Positions 8,030 to 18,094 of a stretch of 32,000 bases of DNA are shown here, one piece after another. The position numbers and the translations under genes were made by a program. Source of the stretch: Nostoc sp. PCC 7120 = FACHB-418. Lineage in GTDB: Bacteria > Cyanobacteriota > Cyanobacteriia > Cyanobacteriales > Nostocaceae. The stretch is taken from contig NC_003272.1 of the NCBI RefSeq assembly GCF_000009705.1, forward strand, positions 2,280,001 to 2,312,000, written 5' to 3'. The notes beneath the pieces are model-generated. The model was not told where the DNA came from. It ran no database searches and saw only the letters and a list, made by a program, of their open reading frames with translations. Every line of letters starts with the position of its first letter. The first letter of the stretch is position 1.

Positions 8030-11000
8030 ATGAAAAACAGAACTTTTGCAACGATAGATGGCAATGAGGCTGTTGCCCAAGTCGTCTATCAAATCAATGA
8101 AGTTATTGCTATTTATCCGATTACACCCTCTTCACCGATGGCAGAGTGGGCCGATGCTTGGGCTAGTGAAGGTAAACCCAATATTTGGGGTACTGTACCG
8201 ACGGTGGTACAAATGCAGAGTGAAGGGGGAGTAGCGGGTGCCGTACATGGGGCGTTGCAAACAGGGTCATTAACAACAACATTTACCGCATCTCAGGGAT
8301 TATTGCTGATGATCCCTAATATGTATAAGATTGCAGGAGAACTGACACCTACAGTATTTCATATTGCGGCGCGATCGCTCGCTGCCCAAGCCCTATCAAT
8401 TTTCGGCGACCACAGCGATGTTATGGCTACCCGTGGGACTGGGTTTGCGATGCTGTGCGCGGCTTCAGTCCAAGAAGCCCATGATTTTGCGCTCATTTCT
8501 ACAAGAACAACTTTAGAATCACGCATACCTTTTTTACATTTTTTTGATGGTTTTCGTACCTCCCACGAAATTAATAAAATCGAATTATTAACAACAGAAA
8601 ATTTACAGACATTTATTCCTAATGAATTAGTAATTGCCCATCGGTCACGGGCTTTAACACCAGATAAACCAGTTTTACGCGGTACAGCCCAAAATCCTGA
8701 TGTTTATTTCCAAGCGAGAGAAACCGTTAATCCTTATTACCTAGCTTGTCCAGACATCACTCAAAAAGTTATGGATGAGTTTGCCCAAATGACTGGGCGA
8801 CAATATCAACTATTTGAATATCATGGCGATTCAACAGCAGAACGAGTCATCGTTCTTATGGGTTCTGGTTGTGAAACTGTGCATGAAACTGTCGATTATC
8901 TCAACACCCTTGGGGAAAAAGTTGGTGTCATCAAAGTGCGGCTATATCACCCATTTGATAGCCAGAGATTTATAGCCGCTTTACCACCAACTACTCGTAG
9001 CATTGCTGTTTTAGACCGTACCAAAGAACCAGGCGCATCGGGTGAGCCGTTGTATTTGGATGTGGTGGCGGCTTTGTATGAGGCAGGGGAGCAGTTACCT
9101 AAAGTTGTTGGTGGTCGTTATGGGTTGTCTTCCAAAGAATTTACGCCGGGGATGGTTAAGGCGGTGTTTGATAATTTGGCAGCTACTATACCCAAAAATC
9201 ATTTCACAATTGGGATTAATGATGATGTTAGCCACACCAGTTTAGATTATGACCCTGACTTTAATATTGAGCCAGACAATATAGTTAGAGCTATTTTCTA
9301 CGGTTTGGGTGCTGATGGAACCGTAGGAGCGAATAAAAATTCCATCAAGATTATTGGTGAAGAGACAAATAATTACGCTCAAGGTTACTTTGTTTACGAC
9401 TCGAAAAAATCGGGTTCGGTGACGGTTTCTCACCTGCGTTTCGGTTCTCAACCCATCCGTTCTACATATCTGATTATCCAAGCCAGCTTTGTTGCTTGTC
9501 ATCAATGGGACTTTTTAGAAAAATTCCCCATCCTCAAAGATATTGTCCAGGGGGGTACTCTTTTATTAAATTCTCCCTATGATCAAGATGAAGTGTGGGA
9601 ACGCCTACCGGGTAAAATTCAGGCACAAATTCAACAGAAGCAACTCAAGGTTTATGTAATCAACGCTTATAAAGTCGCCCGTGAAGCGGGGATGGCTGGA
9701 AGAATTAATACGGTGATGCAGGTTTGTTTCTTTGCTCTATCTAATGTACTACCAAGGGAAGAAGCTATAGCCGAAATTAAAAAATCTATCCGCAAGACTT
9801 ACGGCAAAAAAGGTGACCAAATCGTCCAAATGAATATCAAAGCCGTTGATACCACCTTAGATAATTTGTATGAGTTAGTTACTAGAGAAGATTCTTCCCC
9901 ATCCCCAATACCCAATTACCAATACCCAATCCCCTATTTCCTGGCTAAAATCATTGCCCGTGAAGGGGATGAATTACCTGTGAGTGCATTACCCAACGAT
10001 GGCACATATCCCACGGGAACAGCGAAATGGGAAAAACGCAACATCGCGCAAGAAATCCCGGTTTGGGATACAGATGTTTGCATTCAGTGCGGTAAGTGTG
10101 TGATGGTGTGTCCTCATAGTGTGATTCGCAGTAAGGTTTATGAACCAGAACAATTAGAGAATGCACCGTCAACCTTTAAGAGTGCCAATGCGAAGGATCA
10201 TGATTGGCATGGGTTAAAATTTACCATTCAGGTTGCAGCAGAAGATTGTACAGGCTGCGGTATTTGCGTTGATGTTTGTCCGGCAAAGAATAAGGCGCAA
10301 CCACGCAATAAAGCGATTAATATGCAGCCGCAGTTACCGTTACGCCAAGCCGAACGGGAAAACTGGGATTTCTTCTTGAGTATTCCCAACCCCGATAGGC
10401 GGGAACTGAAGCTGACCCACATTAATCAACAACAGATGCAGGAACCATTATTTGAATTTTCTGGGGCTTGCGCTGGTTGTGGAGAAACACCCTATATTAA
10501 ATTAGCAACACAGTTGTTCGGCGATCGCATGATTGTTGCTAACGCTACCGGTTGTTCTTCTATCTATGGCGGTAATTTACCTACCACACCTTGGACACAA
10601 AACGCCCAAGGACGAGGCCCGGCCTGGTCTAATAGTTTATTTGAAGATAATGCCGAATTTGGTTTGGGTTTCCGGGTATCTATAGATAAACAAGCAGAAA
10701 TCGCCGCCCAATTACTCCAAGAACTGGCGACGGTGGTAGGTAGGGAATTGGTCGATGATATCTTGAATCATCAGCAAAACAATGAAGCTGAGATTTGGGA
10801 ACAACGCGATCGCATTTCTATACTCAAGCAAAAGTTACAAGCCATTGTCAACCCAGAATTGACAAGCAAAGCCCAACTGCTTCTGAGTCTGGCTGATTAC
10901 TTAGTGAAAAAGAGCGTCTGGATTATTGGTGGTGACGGTTGGGCTTATGATATCGGCTATGGGGGATTAGATCACGTTTTAGCCAGTGGACGCAACGTAA

Positions 11001-11566
11001 ATATTCTCGTCCTCGACACAGAAGTCTATTCCAATACCGGCGGACAAATGTCGAAAGCCACACCCAAAGGTGCTGTAGCTAAGTTTGCCTCTGGCGGTAA
11101 ACCTGCTGCGAAAAAAGACTTAGGCTTGATGGCAATGACTTACGGTAATGTTTATGTTGCCAGTGTGGCGATGGGTGCAAAGGATGAACACACCCTAAAA
11201 GCATTTTTAGAAGCAGAGGCTTATCCTGGGCCTTCGTTAATTATTGCTTACAGCCATTGTATTGCTCACGGTATTAACTTGAGTACCGCAATGCAAAATC
11301 AAAAAGCTGCCGTTGATTCTGGCAGATGGTTACTGTATCGGTATCACCCGGATTTAGTTAAGCAAGGCAAAAATCCCCTGCAACTTGACTCCCGCACACC
11401 AACGCTACCTCTGGAAGAGTCTATGTATTTAGAAAACCGCTTCAAGATGTTGACCAAAATTAACCCTGAAGTGGCAAAAGAGTTACTCAAAGAAGCGCAA
11501 ACGGATGTAAATATACGGTGGCAGATGTATCAATATTTGGCTGCGAGAGAGGTTAAACAGGGATAA
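8030..11566 (+). CDS. nifJ: Pyruvate:ferredoxin (flavodoxin) oxidoreductase
   Basis: 1178 aa from ATG 8030 (AGGAAG SD upstream). N-terminal TIDGNEAVA, two 4Fe-4S motifs CIQCGKCVMVCP and CTGCGICVDVCP, TPP-binding GGDGWAYDIGYGG. The track start at 8003 is a GTG extension. Confidence 0.95.
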   Translation: MKNRTFATIDGNEAVAQVVYQINEVIAIYPITPSSPMAEWADAWASEGKPNIWGTVPTVVQMQSEGGVAGAVHGALQTGSLTTTFTASQGLLLMIPNMYKIAGELTPTVFHIAARSLAAQALSIFGDHSDVMATRGTGFAMLCAASVQEAHDFALISTRTTLESRIPFLHFFDGFRTSHEINKIELLTTENLQTFIPNELVIAHRSRALTPDKPVLRGTAQNPDVYFQARETVNPYYLACPDITQKVMDEFAQMTGRQYQLFEYHGDSTAERVIVLMGSGCETVHETVDYLNTLGEKVGVIKVRLYHPFDSQRFIAALPPTTRSIAVLDRTKEPGASGEPLYLDVVAALYEAGEQLPKVVGGRYGLSSKEFTPGMVKAVFDNLAATIPKNHFTIGINDDVSHTSLDYDPDFNIEPDNIVRAIFYGLGADGTVGANKNSIKIIGEETNNYAQGYFVYDSKKSGSVTVSHLRFGSQPIRSTYLIIQASFVACHQWDFLEKFPILKDIVQGGTLLLNSPYDQDEVWERLPGKIQAQIQQKQLKVYVINAYKVAREAGMAGRINTVMQVCFFALSNVLPREEAIAEIKKSIRKTYGKKGDQIVQMNIKAVDTTLDNLYELVTREDSSPSPIPNYQYPIPYFLAKIIAREGDELPVSALPNDGTYPTGTAKWEKRNIAQEIPVWDTDVCIQCGKCVMVCPHSVIRSKVYEPEQLENAPSTFKSANAKDHDWHGLKFTIQVAAEDCTGCGICVDVCPAKNKAQPRNKAINMQPQLPLRQAERENWDFFLSIPNPDRRELKLTHINQQQMQEPLFEFSGACAGCGETPYIKLATQLFGDRMIVANATGCSSIYGGNLPTTPWTQNAQGRGPAWSNSLFEDNAEFGLGFRVSIDKQAEIAAQLLQELATVVGRELVDDILNHQQNNEAEIWEQRDRISILKQKLQAIVNPELTSKAQLLLSLADYLVKKSVWIIGGDGWAYDIGYGGLDHVLASGRNVNILVLDTEVYSNTGGQMSKATPKGAVAKFASGGKPAAKKDLGLMAMTYGNVYVASVAMGAKDEHTLKAFLEAEAYPGPSLIIAYSHCIAHGINLSTAMQNQKAAVDSGRWLLYRYHPDLVKQGKNPLQLDSRTPTLPLEESMYLENRFKMLTKINPEVAKELLKEAQTDVNIRWQMYQYLAAREVKQG

Positions 11567-11575
11567 GGAACTTCT

Positions 11576-11660
11576 AGATAAAAAATATCCAAAATGTAGG
11601 GTGCGTCAGTGCAATAGAGCCTAAATATACTCAGAAATTATTCATACTGACGCACCCTAC
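11576..11660. repeat. Copy B (intact) of the ~85-bp palindromic element, forming a stem-loop just after the nifJ stop
   Basis: Perfect 15-bp inverted repeats GTAGGGTGCGTCAGT (11596..11610) and ACTGACGCACCCTAC (11646..11660) separated by 35 nt. Confidence 0.7.
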
Positions 11661-11666
11661 CAAACC

Positions 11667-11680
11667 TGTTGACTGTTGAC
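11667..11680. repeat. STRR3-type heptamer (TGTTGAC)x2
   Basis: TGTTGAC TGTTGAC. This is a rotation of the reverse complement of the CAACAGT heptamer family known from heterocystous cyanobacteria. Confidence 0.5.
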
Positions 11681-11710
11681 TATATTTAAAAGTTTTTCAG
11701 GAAAATACTC

Positions 11711-12742
11711 ATGGATTTAACTACTAATTATCTAGGATTACGATTGCGATCGCCACTTGTCCCGTCAGCGTCTCCCATGTCTGGAGAAATAGACAATATT
11801 CTCTGGATGGAAGATGCAGGCGCAGCAGCAGTGGTTCTACCCTCGTTGTTTGAAGAACAGTTGAGTTTAGAAAGTTATGAGTTACATCATCACTTAACTT
11901 ATGGAACCGAGAGTTTCCCTGAGTCCTTAACATATTTCCCTGAACACCAAGATTTTCGCCTGGGGTCAGAAGAATACTTAAACCTGATTCAAAAAACTAA
12001 GGAAAAGGTAAAAATCCCCATCATTGCCAGTTTGAATGGTTCTTCACTAGATGGCTGGACTGAATACGCCAGAATGATTGAGCAAGCAGGTGCAGCAGCC
12101 TTGGAGTTAAATACTTATTCTGTTCATACCGATCCTGAATTAACTAGCGAACAAATAGAGCAGAGTTATATCAATATGCTCAAAGTTGTCAAAGCATCTG
12201 TACAGATTCCCGTAGCAATTAAACTGAGTCCATATTTTACCAATATGGCAAACATGGCCAAGCGTTTAGATGATGCTGGGGCTGATGCTTTGGTGCTATT
12301 TAACCGTTTTTACCAACCAGATATTAATTTAGAAACCTTAGAAGTACAGCCTCATGTACTGTTAAGCACCCCTCAAGCAATGCGCTTACCTCTGCGTTGG
12401 ATTGCCATTCTTTATGGTCACATCAATGCTCACCTCGCTGCTACCAGTGGCATTCACAACGGGCATGATGTCTTAAAAATGCTCATGGCGGGAGCCAATA
12501 TTACGATGTTGTGTTCTGTCTTATTGCGACATGGCATAGACCATATCAGGTGTATCGAACAGGAAATGAGCCAATGGATGGAAAAACATGAATACGAATC
12601 TGTGCAGCAACTCCAAGGAAGCATGAGCCAAAAACACTGCCCCAACCCCAGCGCCTTTGAACGCGCTCAATATATGCGGGCGCTGCAAACCTATCAACCA
12701 GACTGGGGGCGGGTTTACGAGCCTTCCCATTATCACGGGTAA
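11711..12742 (+). CDS. Dihydroorotate-dehydrogenase-like FMN (TIM-barrel) flavoprotein
   Basis: 343 aa. ELN motif in ALELNTYSVH, and a C-terminal FMN-phosphate-type segment ATSGIHNGHDVLKMLMAGANITMLCS, typical of the class-1 DHOD/DPD-B family. Co-oriented 144 nt after nifJ. Confidence 0.8.
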   Translation: MDLTTNYLGLRLRSPLVPSASPMSGEIDNILWMEDAGAAAVVLPSLFEEQLSLESYELHHHLTYGTESFPESLTYFPEHQDFRLGSEEYLNLIQKTKEKVKIPIIASLNGSSLDGWTEYARMIEQAGAAALELNTYSVHTDPELTSEQIEQSYINMLKVVKASVQIPVAIKLSPYFTNMANMAKRLDDAGADALVLFNRFYQPDINLETLEVQPHVLLSTPQAMRLPLRWIAILYGHINAHLAATSGIHNGHDVLKMLMAGANITMLCSVLLRHGIDHIRCIEQEMSQWMEKHEYESVQQLQGSMSQKHCPNPSAFERAQYMRALQTYQPDWGRVYEPSHYHG

Positions 12743-12744
12743 TA

Positions 12745-13082
12745 CAAATTCAAAATTCAAAATTCAAAATTCGTCTTGAAAAGTTTCCTACGGCGGGAAA
12801 CCCGCCTACAGAACTTTTCGCAAAATTCAAAATTCAAAATACCCTACGGGTACTCTTCGAGAGGCTAAAGCCAACACAGTAGCGTCTCGGAAGAGAAGCA
12901 AGCTACAAAATTCACTCATAGCCTACGGCTTCTTTATCGTCAATTCAAGGGTTTAAGACCCCTATGTCTACACGTAGTATCAGTAGAGTTGGGGTTTAAA
13001 TCCCCAACTCTAACTGTCTTTAATTTTGAATTTTGAATTTTGAATTTTGAATTTTGAATTTTGAATTTTGAATTTTGAATTG
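12745..13082. repeat. Inverted heptamer arrays, (AAAATTC)n at left and (GAATTTT)n at right, flanking a hairpin-rich core
   Basis: AAAATTC about 4 copies at 12745..12772 and 2.7 copies at 12822..12840. AATTTTG 8 copies at 13022..13077 plus a partial copy. Internal hairpins at 12778..12819 and 12985..13011. Confidence 0.85.
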
Positions 13083-13109
13083 TTAAGAGAGGCTAACGCC
13101 AAAACTAAT

Positions 13110-14183
13110 ATGCGTAAACGAATTGGTATCCTCACCAGTGGCGGCGACTGTCCAGGGCTTAACTGCGTAATTCGCGCAGTTGTTAGCCATGCAACGCTTA
13201 CTTATGATTGGGAGGTATTGGGTATACCTTATGCCACTCAGGGTTTACGGGAGCGTCAAGCGATCGCTCTCAATATGCACGGTTGGGATTTGCGCGGTAT
13301 CGATCCTCTGCTGAATATGGGTGGTACGATTTTAGGCACAATTAATAAGGGTGATACCTTAGCCCATGTGGATGAAATGCTTGCCAGTTATCAGGCTTTG
13401 GCTTTGGATGCTTTGATTGTCATTGGCGGTGATGGTAGTCTGGGTATCCTCCATGAACTGGCTAGCCGAGGTAATTGGAATTTAGTGGCGATTCCCAAAA
13501 CTATAGATAATGATGTGGCTTTGACAGAACGCGCCGTGGGTTTTGATACGGCGGTGAATACAATTGTTGATGCCCTCAATCGCTTGACTTTTACGGCTGC
13601 AAGTCACGATCGCGTGATGATTGTCGAAGTTATGGGGCGCAGCGCCGGACATCTAGCCCTACACGCGGGTATTGCTGGCGGTGCAGATGTAATTTTAATC
13701 CCCGAAATTTCATACACAATTAGCGGTTTATGTCAACATATAGCTGAATTGCGCGATCGCTGGCAACGCAAATTTGCGATCGTTGTTGTTGCCGAAGGTG
13801 CGAAACTATGTCTGGAAGATGTGCAAGAAAATATTGCCTCTTCTTGTGCGCCTTCTAAATGCGGTCGCGGTCAATATATTGCGGATCAAATTGCTCAATG
13901 TAGTAAAAATCTCATCGATACCAGAGTTTCTGTATTGGGACACATTCAGCGTGGCGGTATCCCATCAGCTTTAGACCGTTTAACAGCAACAGTTTTTGGG
14001 AAAACAGCCGTTGATTTAATAGCTCAAGGTAAATTTGGGCAGATGGTAGCTTGGCAAAATGGCGAAGCTATCCCAGTACCCATTCAGGACGTTGTCGCTC
14101 AAAGTCCTTTACACGTAAATCCCCAAGGTTCTTTGGTACAGAGCGCTCGTTGTTTGGGTATTTATGTAGGAGAAAAAACATAA
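13110..14183 (+). CDS. pfkA: ATP-dependent 6-phosphofructokinase
   Basis: 357 aa from ATG 13110 (MRKRIGILTSGGDCPGLN). Motifs VIGGDGS, PKTIDND and MGRSAGHLA. The track start at 13068 is a TTG inside the heptamer array. Confidence 0.9.
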   Translation: MRKRIGILTSGGDCPGLNCVIRAVVSHATLTYDWEVLGIPYATQGLRERQAIALNMHGWDLRGIDPLLNMGGTILGTINKGDTLAHVDEMLASYQALALDALIVIGGDGSLGILHELASRGNWNLVAIPKTIDNDVALTERAVGFDTAVNTIVDALNRLTFTAASHDRVMIVEVMGRSAGHLALHAGIAGGADVILIPEISYTISGLCQHIAELRDRWQRKFAIVVVAEGAKLCLEDVQENIASSCAPSKCGRGQYIADQIAQCSKNLIDTRVSVLGHIQRGGIPSALDRLTATVFGKTAVDLIAQGKFGQMVAWQNGEAIPVPIQDVVAQSPLHVNPQGSLVQSARCLGIYVGEKT

Positions 14184-14201
14184 TTCTTCCCCCCATTTAC
14201 T

Positions 14202-17200
14202 CTAACCGCAACTTCTAAGTACGTGATGTAGGCTATTTAATAATTCCTTGGCTGTAAAAGGTTTAGGTAAAACTTGCTGCACACCGATCATGGCTGCTTG
14301 TGCCACTGTTTCCGTAGAATTGATCCCACTACTAGCAATAACTTGTACCTTTGAGTTCATTTTTTTCAAGGTGCGAATGGCTGTGATACCGTCCATTTCT
14401 GGCATCATCATATCCATGAGAACAGCACTAATACGATGTTTGTGTTGGGCATAAAGTGCGATCGCCTCAATACCATTACAGGCAGTCAGAATTTTATAGT
14501 TAAACTTTTCGAGAATCACCTTGGCAATTTCGCAAATTGGCGCTTCATCATCGACAACTAAAATTAATTCTCCATCGCCCGATGGTGTTTCTATCTCTTC
14601 TATCGTTAAATCTGGCGTTGCTGGAATTGCTGGCAAGAACACTTTAAATTGGCTACCTTGACCAACTTTGCTGGAAACCTTGACAAAACCCCCATGACTT
14701 TTGATAATTCCCAGCACGGTTGACAGTCCCAAACCTGTACCTACTCCCACCTCTTTTGTCGTAAAAAATGGCTCAAAAATTCTATTTAAGATTTCTGGAG
14801 ATATTCCTGCACCGGTATCAGTCACTGTCAGCTGAATGTAATTGCCAACTTGCGCCTCTAAAATCATGCTGGCATAGGTTTCATCAATAAAAATGTTGTC
14901 TGCTGTAACGTTGATTTTCCCACCATTGGGCATGGCATCACGGGCATTGACGACAAGATTCATCAACACTTGGTGTAATTGAGTAACATCCCCACAGACT
15001 GCCCACAGTACTTCGGGAAAGCTACTAGTAAATTCAATTGACTTGGGAAATGTCTGTTTACCAATCAGAATAATATCGGTAATTAAGTGTTTGAGTTGGA
15101 CTATTGTCCGTTCTCCTTTAAAACCGCGTGCAAACGATAGCACCTGCTTGACTAAACCTGCTCCGCGTCTGGCGTTGTTTTCCACAATCTCTAACAGGTG
15201 TTGGGAAGATGTACCGCCCGCCGTAGGTGTTCCTCCTTTATCTTCGGGAAATTTGACTTTCAGCAGTTGGGACGCTGCCAAAATGGGTGTCAAGATATTA
15301 TTCAAGTCGTGAGCAATACCACCTGCAAGGGTACCCAGACTCTCTAATCTTTGGGTGCGGAAAAACTGTTCTTCTAGTTGTTTTTTTTGGGTGATATCGG
15401 TATCAACAATTAAAATTGATTTGGGTAGCCCAGCTGCATCACGCATCAGTGTCCAACGGCTTTCCACAATAATTTCTTTGCCAGATTTAGTCAGTTTTTG
15501 CAACTCCCCCTGCCACAATCCCAACTCCATAACAACGTTGAGAGCTGCTTCATGCAGGTGCAATGAAGTTTCAGAATATAGTAGCTTTTGGGCATTACGG
15601 CCGATAGCTTCCTGTTGTGACCAACCATACAAGCGTTCTGCACCTTGATTCCAAAATAAGATATTGGTGTGTAAGTCTTTGACAAAAATGGCATCGGTGG
15701 CTATATCTAGTAAAGCTGCTTGCTCGCGGATTTTCTGCTCTGCTTGTTGGCGTAAGCGTAGTGCAGCTTGCTGTTCACTAATATCGGCAAAGGATGTAAC
15801 TACAGCATAAGGAACCGTTTCATTTTCCCGACACAAAGGCTGAGAATTAATCGAAATCCAGCTTATTTGTCCGTCCGGCTTGTAAACTCCCATGACCACA
15901 TTAGAGCAGGGTTTGCCTGTACGTAGCGTCTCCATTGCTGGATGCTGTTCACCAGGAAACGGGGAGCCATCTTCATGAATCGTCAGCCAACGCTCATCAA
16001 CACAGGTACGTTGTAATATTTGCTCTTTGCTTAACCCTAAAATTCTCTCGGCACTTGCATTACAAGCAATAATTTTGACCTTATCCTGCAAGATAATACC
16101 CTCTCTCATGGCTGTTACCACTGAGCGATAGAGTTCTTCACTTTCCCGTAGGGATGCCTCTGCTTGTTTGCGTTCGCTAATATCTCTAGTAGTGCCAATC
16201 ATCCTGATTGGTTTACCAGGTTTGTCATAGTAGACTTGACCTCTACTATTGAGCCAGTGAATACTACCATCCTTCCAGACAGTCCGATATTCGACGGTAA
16301 ATGGCATTCCTTGCTCAATACTGTTTTTGACAGACTGAGAGAAATTCTCTCGGTCTTGAGGATGGATTAATTGCAGGAAGTCTTCAGGACTAGGACATAA
16401 AGTTGTACTTGGCAGACCATACAGTAATCCCATATTGGCAGACCAGATGGTTTCATTGGTCAAAAGGTACCAATCCCAGATACCCATATTGGCAGCTTCC
16501 AAGGCTAAATTTAATCTTGCCTCACTCTGTCGTAGTGATTCTTCCGCCTGTCTGCATTCGGTAATATCTCTGCCTACTCCTTGAAACTCAACAACCTCGC
16601 CAATTGTATTTTTAATGCCGATAACATTCCATTGAAACCAACGTATACCACTGGGTGTTAATACAGGCTGCTCACTAATACTGATTTTATGGGGTGGGGA
16701 TTTGAGGGCTTGGAAATATTCTTTTGCTTGAGGGATTTCATCCTCAGGAAACATCCACTCAAATATTAGCTGACCAACTAACTCATCCATTGGCTTGCCA
16801 AAAATTCTGCAAGCTACTGGATTAACAAATGTCAGTCTCCCTAAATTATCAACACGCAAAATTACCTCAGTTTGTAGCTCAACTAACTGGCGATACAGTT
16901 GCTCACTTTGCTGTAATGCTTGTTTTGGCTGTTGAACCTCAACAATGTCTCGTTGCCAAACCTTCCTAAATCCCAGAAATTCGTCGTGATGCTCCAGCTC
17001 TTGGAAAGGATTACGAGATGGGTAGCGTAAAAATTCTATCTGTTGTGGTTTTTGTAAGGATTGCAGACAGCAAAAAGTTTCTAACTGATTCAATCCTTGC
17101 AACAGGCTAGCTGCACTCACAATCCCTATCAATTGCTCTCTATCGTTCAAAATTGGCAGATGACGAATTTGATGCTGATGTAATAAGGACAAAGCTGTAA

Positions 17201-17573
17201 AAATATCTAGGAAGTTTGACATTTTCATCGTGATCACTGGTTGTGTCATCACCTCAGATATTTTTAAATCTGATAAATCAAATTTTGATGCAGTCAACCT
17301 GACTAAATCCCGTTCTGTGAATATTCCTAAAAGATTTCCTGCCTTAACTACTAAAACATAGCTAGTTTGTGTTGAATTCTTATTGCTATAAGTTCCCGGC
17401 GAGTTTATGCTGGTTGATTGTGAACTATTACCTTGTTGATTCATCAATCTAATAGCATCAATGACATAACTATCAGGATCAATCGTTAAAGGATGACGAT
17501 CAATCAAATGATATAAATTATGTAAATCAATCGGCATCTCGTTGAATGGCATAGTTAATTCGTCAATCTTCAT
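14202..17573 (-). CDS. Soluble hybrid sensor histidine kinase (CBS pair, four PAS/PAC, HisKA, HATPase, receiver)
   Basis: H-box GGIAHDLNNILTPI, N-box NLVVNARDAM, G-boxes DTGAGI and GTGLGLS. C-terminal receiver LILVVDDE...VLMDMMMPEMDG. PAS-type repeats end in RDITE/RDISERK. No hydrophobic transmembrane segment seen. Confidence 0.9.
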   Translation of the reverse strand: MKIDELTMPFNEMPIDLHNLYHLIDRHPLTIDPDSYVIDAIRLMNQQGNSSQSTSINSPGTYSNKNSTQTSYVLVVKAGNLLGIFTERDLVRLTASKFDLSDLKISEVMTQPVITMKMSNFLDIFTALSLLHQHQIRHLPILNDREQLIGIVSAASLLQGLNQLETFCCLQSLQKPQQIEFLRYPSRNPFQELEHHDEFLGFRKVWQRDIVEVQQPKQALQQSEQLYRQLVELQTEVILRVDNLGRLTFVNPVACRIFGKPMDELVGQLIFEWMFPEDEIPQAKEYFQALKSPPHKISISEQPVLTPSGIRWFQWNVIGIKNTIGEVVEFQGVGRDITECRQAEESLRQSEARLNLALEAANMGIWDWYLLTNETIWSANMGLLYGLPSTTLCPSPEDFLQLIHPQDRENFSQSVKNSIEQGMPFTVEYRTVWKDGSIHWLNSRGQVYYDKPGKPIRMIGTTRDISERKQAEASLRESEELYRSVVTAMREGIILQDKVKIIACNASAERILGLSKEQILQRTCVDERWLTIHEDGSPFPGEQHPAMETLRTGKPCSNVVMGVYKPDGQISWISINSQPLCRENETVPYAVVTSFADISEQQAALRLRQQAEQKIREQAALLDIATDAIFVKDLHTNILFWNQGAERLYGWSQQEAIGRNAQKLLYSETSLHLHEAALNVVMELGLWQGELQKLTKSGKEIIVESRWTLMRDAAGLPKSILIVDTDITQKKQLEEQFFRTQRLESLGTLAGGIAHDLNNILTPILAASQLLKVKFPEDKGGTPTAGGTSSQHLLEIVENNARRGAGLVKQVLSFARGFKGERTIVQLKHLITDIILIGKQTFPKSIEFTSSFPEVLWAVCGDVTQLHQVLMNLVVNARDAMPNGGKINVTADNIFIDETYASMILEAQVGNYIQLTVTDTGAGISPEILNRIFEPFFTTKEVGVGTGLGLSTVLGIIKSHGGFVKVSSKVGQGSQFKVFLPAIPATPDLTIEEIETPSGDGELILVVDDEAPICEIAKVILEKFNYKILTACNGIEAIALYAQHKHRISAVLMDMMMPEMDGITAIRTLKKMNSKVQVIASSGINSTETVAQAAMIGVQQVLPKPFTAKELLNSLHHVLRSCG

Positions 17574-18094
17574 TATCTTATTGACCGCAGAACGAGTTAG
17601 CTAAACTGATAGTGAGTAAAATTTCAATATTAGGTTTTAATTGTGATTTGCTTGGGTTAAATAGCAATATCTAAAAAGAAATTGCAATATAGTAAGACTA
17701 GACAAAAAAGATATTTTATGCGTTTGATGATTGGGTCGGATGGGATGTTGATGTGATATCGTGGGTCTTCAAAATTATTCTATTGGCAAATCAGTAGTAG
17801 ATGATCTCTGACTTTAAAAAGATTATCGTAATTGATAGCTGTGCTATGCCAATCAGGCTGAAAAAATAGAAATTCGTTTTTCTAATGGTAATGGTAGTAT
17901 TTATATATGTGTTGATTGATTCTCTGGATTTAAATAAAGTCAAGACTGTTAAATACCCCAACACCAAGATTTATCAAGTTTTAATTACTAACATGACAGG
18001 ATTTTATTTGGTGGCGATCGCTACCAAGTATTTAATAGAGACGTTGCTGTGCAACTTTTGTACATAGCAATTTAGTTCTTCCCCCTGGCTAGCT

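Noticed and set aside
14184-14201. pfkA and the histidine-kinase gene converge with only 18 nt between their stops and no hairpin.
   Set aside because: Tight convergent gene ends are common. Without transcript data nothing can be concluded about antisense overlap.
17885-18067. 60-aa track ORF between the binding-protein gene and the kinase gene.
   Set aside because: AT-rich composition-driven frame with no SD, in the likely promoter region of the kinase gene.
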